This document shows, one piece after another, positions 53,962-64,000 of a DNA stretch of 64,000 nt. The translations under genes and the position numbers were made by a program. This DNA comes from Eledone cirrhosa (taxonomy: Eukaryota): the NCBI GenBank assembly GCA_964016885.1, contig OZ024741.1, forward strand, positions 168,950,001-169,014,000. The letters run 5' to 3'. Every line of letters begins with the position of its first letter. The stretch's first letter is position 1. Under the pieces are notes generated by a model. The model saw nothing but the letters and a program-made list of their open reading frames with translations. It had not been told where the DNA came from and ran no database searches.

Positions 53962-55381
53962 GAAACACACAGATACATGCGGACACACACATATATACAT
54001 GAATGCATCCGCACCCAACTGTGAGTTAAGGGTGCCAACTTCACCGATGTTGCTCAATGAATGACTGGGACAGACCAATTCAGTTGAACCAGACTGAACC
54101 AGTATCAGAGTTAAAAATACATTATGAAGAGAGAAGAAACATTTAGATATAATTAGTAATAAAATGTATCATACCTAAACTGCTCCTAAATTCCTCGACT
54201 ACGTAGTTTCGTGGCATAAACAAAAACAATATATCAAAGATATAGGGTCCTTGCGAGGTCTGCCGACTTATCAAGAGGATACCTCATTTTACTAGTCTCA
54301 AGAACGCGTCTACACGACGTGAGAAAGAATCCCAAAAGGCGGAGGGGGAGATAGTCACGCGATATAACGGTCGAGAAACAGAGCTAAGCCTCTTATAACC
54401 ACGAAGAAAATACCACGGAGGCGGAGGGGGTATTCATATCGAGGCCGTAGAAGAGGTAGTGAAGAAGGCGAGAAGTATGAGTAATGGAAGCTTTCCAGTT
54501 GTCCCCACACTTCAAAGATTGCTCGACCAGAGGGAGTTATTAATATATTTAGAAACACACAGATACATGCGGACACACACATATATACATGAATGCATCC
54601 GCACCCAACTGTGAGTTAAGGGTGCCAACTTCACCGATGTTGCTCAATGAATGACTGGGACAAGGACCCTATATCTTTGATATATTGTTTTTGTTTATGC
54701 CACGAAACTACGTAGTCGAGGAATTTAGGAGCAGTTTAGGTATGATACATTTTATTACTAATTATATCTAAATGTTTCTTCTCTCTTGATAATGTATTTT
54801 TAACTCTGATACTGGTTCAGTCTGGTTCAACTGAATTGGTCTGTCCCAGTCATTCATTGAGCAACATCGGTGAAGTTGGCACCCTTAACTCACAGTTGGG
54901 TGCGGATGCATTCATGTATATATGTGTGTGTCCGCATGTATCTGTGTGTTTCTAAATATATTAATAACTCCCTCTGGTCGAGCAATCTTTGAAGTGTGGG
55001 GACAACTGGAAAGCTTCCATTACTCATACTTCTCGCCTTCTTCACTACCTCTTCTACGGCCTCGATATGAATACCCCCTCCGCCTCCGTGGTATTTTCTT
55101 CGTGGTTATAAGAGGCTTAGCTCTGTTTCTCGACCGTTATATCGCGTGACTATCTCCCCCTCCGCCTTTTGGGATTCTTTCTCACGTCGTGTAGACGCGT
55201 TCTTGAGACTAGTAAAATGAGGTATCCTCTTGATAAGTCGGCAGACCTCGCAAGGACCCTATATCTTTGATATATTGTTTTTGTTTATGCCACGAAACTA
55301 CGTAGTCGAGGAATTTAGGAGCAGTTTAGGTATGATACATTTTATTACTAATTATATCTAAATGTTTCTTCTCTCTTCATA

Positions 55382-55425
<44 letters not shown>

Positions 55426-56986
55426 ACTTTAATACATGAATACACTTACATTCAACTATACACATCAAACATATATATATATATTTACTTATTTATATAC
55501 ATTTTCACATATATATACATACATATGGTCGCTTTTAGACACATTCATTATAGCATATTTGCACCTATTCTCATCAGCATATCTTTCTATTATTAGTGTG
55601 GTAATTTAAGGTTATTAATATACATATATATGTTGAGAAGAGATTGTTTTTATATTTTTCTAACTAGATTGAGGTTTATATAGTTGGGGGGATGTCCCTC
55701 TTTTATGTAATATTCAGCTTGTAGTGGGAAAAAAGGGTTTTAGTTCGGTGACGGCAGAATAATGTTCATTCAATTCTGTTATTCAGCAATTTCTTCTTGT
55801 GTGTGATTATGTAATAAATCTCAAGATTACACAATTTGCAGAAATTTTGGCACCTGGAAAAGCTTTGGGTTTTAGTTAATTTCTCCCATTTTAGGGTAAA
55901 CTTTTGATCGCTATCTCTGAGCGTCCAAGCTTTTTCTGCTAAAGTTGTTACATTTCTTTGGTTCTGGTGTTTTATTGAGTAAGAATGCCTATATAATCGA
56001 GATTTAAACGATATTGCCGTTGATCCCACGTAATACCACTCGTTGCCTCCGGATTTAATGGTACACTTATAAATAATATTTTTTTCCAGGCAGTTATTGC
56101 CGAGGTGGCAGTTGTCAGGATAGGTGCAGTTACAGTTGTGAACGTTGGGTTTTCTCTGGAGTAGTATTGCGGACGAACTTAGGTGTGGTTTATTTATGTT
56201 CTGTAGTGTATTGTCTACTGTTTTTTTTTGTGTTCTTTGTACTTAAGTTTTTAGTGTTTTCGTTTAACCTTCTAGTATTGATCTTTTTTATGTGTTGTTC
56301 AAGGTTTAACGCTGTAGAGTATGACAGTCTTATAGTGGTAGGGTTTAGGATTTTGTGGTATTTGTGTGATGTAGGAAAATGTCTCTTAATTATTTTAAAG
56401 AAGAGTACTGGTAAATGTGTACTAATGGAACTATTGTATTCAGGGTTATACCATAAGTACTCTTTGCATCGCTTTCTATTAGTTTTGTTTGTTGGTTTAC
56501 TGGTGTGTATACTATGGTAGTAAGTGTGGTTTGGTGTTGTGTTATTATATCTACCTATGTGGGATTTATTTTGGGTGTTTTGATTGTTCTCATCTATATA
56601 CTCTATTTTGTTGAGGTAGCCTGCTTTACTAAGGGCGTTATCGTAGTTCTCGGCGTGTTCCTTAAATACTTGTATGTTAGAAGATAGACATAGATTCTAA
56701 GGGAAATATTTTTAGGGATAGATTTAATTATAGAGATGGGGTGGTTAGACCCAACATTTACGTACTTGAGATTTTCATTCAATTTATGAAACGGTTTAAT
56801 CAGACCAGAGTTTAAATTGAGTGTGACATCCAGGAAGTTAACTACTTTAAGGTTGTATTCATATGTTATAGTTAGTCCTATTTCGAGTAGTAGTTTTCTT
56901 ATATCTTTGCGTAGTTTTTCTAGTTTTTGGTTATTTAGGTTTTGAACCAGGAGGAGAACATCGTCGCGGTATATTCCGCCGTGGAG
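53208..56986 (-). mobile_element. Penelope-like element, left arm of the second fold-back, interrupted at 53956-55385
   Basis: HGGIYRDD..VNFLDVTLNL..SNHP (~56740-56985); GIY-YIG at 55766-56029. Confidence 0.9.
53956..55385. mobile_element. Non-coding 590-nt unit present as two inverted, differently permuted ~1.2-mers
   Basis: Direct repeats at 53961/54551 and 54661/55251; strand switch at ~54661. Confidence 0.85.
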
Positions 56987-57036
56987 ATCGCTATCCCTGA
57001 GCGTCCAAGGTTTTTCTGCTAAAGTTGTTATATTTC

Positions 57037-58253
57037 TTGAGATTTATTACATAATCACACACAAGAAGAAATTGCTGAATAACAGAATTGAACGAACATT
57101 ATTCTGCCGTCACCGAACTAAAACCCTTTTTTCCCACTACAAGCTGAATATTACATAAAAGAGGGACATCCCCCAACTATATAAACCTCAATCTAGTTAG
57201 AAAAATATAAAAACAATCTCTTCTCAACATATATATGTATATTAATAACCTTAAATTATCACACTAATAATGGAAAGATATGCTGATGAGAATAGGTGCA
57301 AATATGCTATAACGAATGTGTCTAAAGGCGACCATATGTATGTATATATATGTGAAAATGTATATAAATAAGTAAATATATATATATATGTTTGATGTGT
57401 ATAGTGGGATGTAAGTGTATTCATGTATTAAAGTGTTTATATATATATATATATATACACATAGACTGGAGTATGTATGTATATATGTGTGTGTCTATAC
57501 GTGTGTATATAAAGATAAGTTGAGTATGAAAATGTATACACATGGATGCGTATGTATGTACATGTATATATGTGTATATATATGTATATATATATGTGTG
57601 TGCATGTGTATATGTATGTAAGTATGAGCATGTGTGTATGTGAGTATATGTATTTTGTAGAGGTGTGCATATATGTTTGTGTGTGAATGCGTGGGCGAAA
57701 GGATACGTACACTTGAAAGAAAAATTTAAGTCTGAATGTTAATTAAGTGCAAACACAAAACCAACCATGCGTATCTATACTATCTCTAATCCTTCTATAG
57801 ATTTAGAAAAATAACCAATAATATATTCTATAAAAAATGTCAAAACAACAGATGGGAATCTAATTACTCACTGCCACCAAAAATTCTCACTGCTATCAAA
57901 AAACCACTCCCTCAACTATTCTTCTAACAACTTCACCCCTCCCTCCTAATATTCTCTATAAAAACCAAACAGGTCCTCAGTAAAATTATTCTGATGAAAT
58001 GACAGTTGATAATAACATTGAAATATTGAATGTCTGCATAACTAATACTTTGTAGATAGCAGCTGTTTTCAGGTTATGTAACTGTTATTGAAACACGTGT
58101 CAATAAATTCCTTTTAACTAAACTGTATCCATTTAAATCCTTCTATTTTTCTCCGGATTACATTTGGAACTACAACTGGAACCGTCGAGCAAACTCTACG
58201 TGAGCTGTCCATCTACTGTGTGTAATATTTATATTACAACACTACGGAAAATA

Positions 58254-58257
<4 letters not shown>
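57037..58257 (+). mobile_element. Penelope-like element, right arm plus ~110-nt tail
   Basis: Reverse complement of 53208-55824 without the 590-nt insert; hammerhead-like motif at 57987-58032. Confidence 0.9.
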
Positions 58258-58335
<78 letters not shown>

Positions 58336-58676
58336 ATATATATATAAAGAGAGAGAGAGAGATGCTCTGTACGGCTTTTGGAGGAAGGATTGACCAGCAG
58401 TACGTTGTTCGGTATTATTACGAAAAGGTGTAGCAGAGAATCCCGCGTGAACTAACAGCTCGGGAGGAAACTGCTTACCTCGAAGATTCATTTGCCATCG
58501 TTCTTGTCAACGCTCCATTTACTTGGTATTTGTTGGTCTACAGTTAGATGTCAATATTTATTTATAAAACAAATCTGTATTGTATTTTATCTGATGATAA
58601 TTTGCTTTGGTGGCCCTTGAAATATGTATAATAAAATAAATATGGTTTTATAAATATAGTTTCCATTTGTTAATAT

Positions 58677-58723
<47 letters not shown>

Positions 58724-58776
58724 GTAAGTATGTATGTATACGTACATACATATATGTATACAGACGTACAGTAGCA

Positions 58777-58848
<72 letters not shown>

Positions 58849-59206
58849 TATATATACATATACATATATACATACAGGTACACATACATATATGCACGCA
58901 TCATTTTAGCGGACTCTTATTATAACGCCGCTTTGTTCGTTTGTAAACAAACTGAACAGCCTGAATTTATGCCATACCGTGTTAAGGCAACCACGTCACC
59001 TTTTTATTCAACACTGACACAGGAACGATGTACTAGTTTCAAGCTTGTTAGCTATCATCAGCACCGTTTACCCATCTGCCAGATAGTTGAACGTTCGAAA
59101 GTATATACTTTCCTTATGAAAATTAACGGCTGAGCAGCCTAATTTTCATATTGAGTGAGTTAAATCGGTCAACTGATGCGTGCATATATGTATGTGTACC
59201 TGTATG

Positions 59207-59239
<33 letters not shown>

Positions 59240-59387
59240 ATGCATGCTACAGTACGTCTGTATACATATATGTATGTACGTATACATACATACTTACATT
59301 TAAGTAAGTGCCATACTAGGAGTGAGAAATGAAATTTCGTTTTCATTTTTTTTCAACTTATATATATATATATATATATATATACAG

Positions 59388-59494
<107 letters not shown>

Positions 59495-59552
59495 TACATA
59501 CATATATATATATATATATATATTTATTAAAATAACAGATTATTATTATTAC

Positions 59553-59588
<36 letters not shown>

Positions 59589-59628
59589 CGTGTGTGTGTA
59601 TGTATGCATATATATATATGTGTGTATG

Positions 59629-59694
<66 letters not shown>

Positions 59695-59974
59695 TATATG
59701 TGTGTGTGTATATATACATATTTTTTATGTGTATATTTATATATGTGTATATGTGTATATCTATATATGTGTATATGTGTTTGTATATGTATATATATAT
59801 GTATGTGTGTTTGTGTATGTATATGTGTATATATGTGTGTGTATATGTATATATGTGTATATATATATGTATATATAAGTATATATGTATATATATTTGT
59901 GCGTGTGCACGTGTGTGTGCGCGCGCGCGTGTCTGTGTGTGAATGTAGCGAATATAATATGTCAGCAATGACGT

Positions 59975-60205
59975 GATGTAGATAGCCAGGCATACAGACA
60001 GATATTATAAGAGCGCGACGGAGATGGATAACCGGCGTCTAACACCATTTAACAACAGAAAATTGAAAAACAAAAATCGGCAGTTAATATCTTTAGACCG
60101 CAAGGAATATATAAATGCAAGTTTGAAGTCAATCGGATTTGAAATGTGGATTTGTATAGACTTTGCAAAAATGAGGACACACAGACAACATCAGTTTTAT
60201 ATATA
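59975..60205 (-). mobile_element. Helitron 5'-end fragment
   Basis: Reverse-complement match to 37805-38035. Confidence 0.75.
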
Positions 60206-60297
60206 TATATATACATATATATAAAGAGAGAGAGGGAGGGAGAGTTAGAGAGATAAAGAGAAAGAGGTAGATAGATAGACAGATAGATAGATAGATA

Positions 60298-60450
60298 TGT
60301 TTCTTTATTAGCCACAGGGGCACAAAAGAAGGGGACAAATACAAAGGGGGAAGTTTACATACAATAAAAACGTGTAAAATGTTATCACAAATGGAATTTA
60401 AAAAGTTAGTCGATTTTCCCCAATAGGGGGAGACAGTTTATATGGGTAAC
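60298..60450 (-). mobile_element. Tx1 3'UTR fragment inserted in (AGAT)n
   Basis: Reverse complement has ccccctattgggg and ctgtggctaataaagaaac followed by (ATCT)n; AGAT repeats on both sides. Confidence 0.8.
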
Positions 60451-60456
60451 ACAGAC

Positions 60457-60513
<57 letters not shown>

Positions 60514-60515
<2 letters not shown>

Positions 60516-60672
60516 ACATGGGTTCAGTTTTTCCCTCTACCGAATTACATTCCTGAGGCATTGATCAACCCGAAGTTATAGTAAGAAAAACTTATCGAAA
60601 GTGCAACGTAGCAGAGATACTGAACCAAAATACATTCAGTTGTGAAGCGAGCTTCTTAACCATACAGCCATG
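60514..60672 (-). mobile_element. Degenerate tRNA-derived SINE, second family
   Basis: Reverse complement begins catggctgtatggttaagaagctcgct..ggttcagt (A/B-box-like). Confidence 0.55.
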
Positions 60673-60991
60673 ATTGCATCTATATTTGTAACAAAAACCG
60701 GAATTTTGTAAATATTTTTTCAGTTTTCAGAGCCAGGCCTTAATGGTCTGTTAAGATAAGATATTTCCCCAACAACATTTAATGGACAAAACATAAAGGC
60801 TTAAAAATATAAATATAAATACACATACATACAAACTTCCTAGGGTAAATAAATTAGGGGAATAATTAAGTAAAAAAAAATGAAAATACGAAACGTTGAA
60901 ACAAAAAAAAAAGGACCCCATCATTTTCTTGTATTTAACATTTTCTATTAACGTACAAAACAAACGATGTTTTTATACACACACACACGTA

Positions 60992-61055
<64 letters not shown>

Positions 61056-61413
61056 TATATATATATATTTAAAGAAATAATAATGTAGTCGTATGATGAA
61101 GTGTACGAATGTGTTTATGTTTGACTTTCATTGTCACAAAAAGCCATATGCTAATGTATAGGAGTTTAATATTCGTTGGAACTCTTCTTTTTACACAGAG
61201 GATATAACATATCCCTAATTACGTATAACAAACAAACATACACACATATGCACTCACAAATACTCACATATAGGTGTGTATATATGTATGTATATTTTCA
61301 TCATCATTATTCAACATTTCTTTTTACTTATTGTGTTTCACAGACGCACAACCATAACAGTGGTTATACACACACACACACACACATACATACACACACA
61401 TACATACACACAG

Positions 61414-61450
<37 letters not shown>

Positions 61451-61551
61451 TATATATAAACTTATATATAAACATATATATACATATATACATATATATA
61501 TACATATATACATATATATATATATATACATTTATATATATATATGCAAAC

Positions 61552-61589
<38 letters not shown>

Positions 61590-61605
61590 ATACATAATAC
61601 ATATA

Positions 61606-61707
<102 letters not shown>

Positions 61708-61750
61708 CATAGTTATATACACACACAACACAGTCAAATGGATATATATT

Positions 61751-61839
<89 letters not shown>

Positions 61840-62108
61840 GTGTGTGTAGCCCACACACGACATTCAGTGTCATATAAAGTATGGGAAGTGATTCGTATTA
61901 ATGTGAAAGTAAACAAAAACAGAGAAGTCGCTAAGTAGGGAAATTTGACCGGAAGATGAGAGAAAGGCTTCCAGATACAAATGTATTCACAACACAGCAT
62001 ATGGTATGGCGTTGGTTAGATTCGTGCATACACACACACACACACACTGACACACACAGATACCTACCTACATACATACAGACACACAGACAGACAAACA
62101 TTTATATA

Positions 62109-62185
<77 letters not shown>

Positions 62186-62307
62186 CCACACACCTTATCA
62201 GACCACACCACACTCTCCAGATAAAAATGTCTCAGAAAGGCACAAACATACAGTGACATATATATATATATATATGTGTGTGTGTGTATGTGTGTATGTG
62301 TGTCTGG

Positions 62308-62346
<39 letters not shown>

Positions 62347-62404
62347 TGTGTGTGTGTCACAGTGTACACACACGCACACATACACACACACACACACACA
62401 TTGA

Positions 62405-62454
<50 letters not shown>

Positions 62455-62952
62455 CTTATATATTTATGTCTGCGTATGTATGTATATGTGTATGTATGTA
62501 TGCATGTATGTATGTACGTACGTATGTTTGTATGAATATAAAATAAATGCACATAAAGGTATTTGAACAAAGAAAAGGATACAAGTAAACATAGTTTCAT
62601 TTCTTTTCCGTCACTAACTCCCCTTAGTTTGAAAGCCAGGAATTCCATTACTTACGATTGTCTGCCTTCTTCAAACTTACACTTACCAAATTACCTGGCG
62701 AACATCTTACAGGTTGAAAAACAAATATAAAAAATATAATATTTATCACATCACACCGGAATGATTCAACAAAAATATAGGAAATTATAGTTTCATATAC
62801 ATATTAAGTTGTACGCTAAACAGCCAATATATACCTGTATATATTTAGTAAAGATGGAACCGAATTTGCGTAAATATGTATATACATTGACACTTTAAGT
62901 ATATAGACATGTAAACATGCCAAATATAAGTATTTCCGTGTAAATGGAAAGA

Positions 62953-63140
62953 AATAATGTTTCTACTATTAGCACAAGGCCCGGGTGCATTATTGGTTCT
63001 TTATTTATTATTCGACCCCGTAAGGATGAAAGACAAAGTTAAACTCAGAGAGATTTGAACTCAAAACTTTAAGGGGCATAACTCTATGCTGCGAAGAATG
63101 GTGTCTGATGCTCTACCAATACTGCCAAACCACCGCCCTA
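62953..63140 (-). mobile_element. tRNA-derived SINE
   Basis: Reverse complement: gggcggtggtttggcagtattggtagag..gagttcaaatc..ccttgtgctaatagtagaaacattatt. Confidence 0.8.
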
Positions 63141-63429
63141 AAATGGAAACATTAATAAGAATCTTTAATCGATTTTCGAACCTATTTGTGTTCTCATCAG
63201 AATATATAAATATCATCAAAACAACCATTAGGATGTACGTAACTGAGAGGTTTATATACCCTATCACATTGTAGTATCCTAAAAAGGAATAGTAATTTGC
63301 ATATTATTAGTATTATGGAATTATTGTATTAAATTTTGCCGAAGTATATACAAATTAGTACATCCATTATATATATTTATATTTTCTTCTTGCTATTTCA
63401 AGCGTTAACCTAATATATTCCTTCCATTT

Positions 63430-63941
63430 CAATTTGGATAGGTGAATATTTAAATTGTATTTTAATTTATTTTAAAAGATTGTTTCAAGTTTACTTGTTC
63501 CGATCGTCTCAATTTTATAGTTCTGGTATCTCAAATTAATACCATTGAACAACAACTGTATTATAGACACCCTATATATTTCCGTGGGTACTTAGTACCT
63601 GTGGGAATATTAATCCCATTTTATGTATATTCTCCCATGTGTGTAGAGAAAAAAAACGTTGTACCTAGCTGCTATTTTTAGTAGCGTGACATACAACAAG
63701 TCTATAATATTCCCGCTTTCACTAGACGACCAGTTCATGTGTGGGTCATTTTAACGACCCACTCGATCTTTCACTAGCTGGCAGTGGGCGATGTATTTAC
63801 TTGCTGTGGGACTTTACGCCCTATAGAATGGAAATAGCTTTCTGAAGAGCCGATCTTTCCATTGGAAGTCCTTTGGATTTCCAATCTTTTGTACCGTCGG
63901 TAAAAGCAATTTGGATAGGTGAATATTTAAATTGTATTTTA
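63430..63941 (+). mobile_element. Second copy of the ~475-nt hammerhead unit (~1.07 monomers)
   Basis: caatttggataggtgaatatttaaattgtatttta at 63430 and 63907; homologous to 12125-12680. Confidence 0.75.
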
Positions 63942-64000
63942 GAGAAACAGTCAGATAAAATTTACCTAATCCTTCCTCTCAGACCGAAGAGATTAACTAG

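Noticed and set aside
54290-54435. Twister-like GGCGGAGGGG motifs in the 590-nt unit
   Set aside because: Required upstream stems and pseudoknot pairings were not found by eye.
54922-55149. 75-aa ORF duplicated in the 590-nt unit
   Set aside because: Starts in a TG-rich tract and has no motif; its duplication only reflects the repeat.
58360-58500. GC-richer island, possible exon or transposase scrap
   Set aside because: Too short, with no identifiable motif.

Overview
AT-rich, microsatellite-saturated eukaryotic repeat DNA. The SINE sequences and microsatellite load suggest a cephalopod such as Octopus (inference). No host gene is recognisable, and most short ORFs are translated microsatellites. 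Contents: (i) an 18 kb array (19.4-37.6 kb) of eight retroelements, each separated by an (ATT)n tract: three Tx1/L1-clade LINEs and two tRNA-SINEs all on +, three R4/Dong-like RT-RLE LINEs all on -; (ii) a decayed autonomous Helitron (37.8-44.3 kb) plus non-autonomous Helitron ends; (iii) several Penelope-like elements (RT + GIY-YIG), two as multi-kb fold-backs (45.4-51.1 and 53.2-58.3 kb), and a divergent PLE RT relic carrying a solo LTR; (iv) many non-coding (TA)n-inserted hairpin or tandem units with type I hammerhead ribozyme motifs, including ~475, ~548 and 590 nt retrozyme-like monomers present as more than one permuted unit; (v) RLE-LINE 3' ends in (CATA)n, a Tx1 variant in (ATCT)n and an RTE ending in (GAA)n. 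The main pattern is that different retroelement families use different microsatellite motifs, in a strand-specific way. Everything was read by eye, so boundaries may be off by a few bases.
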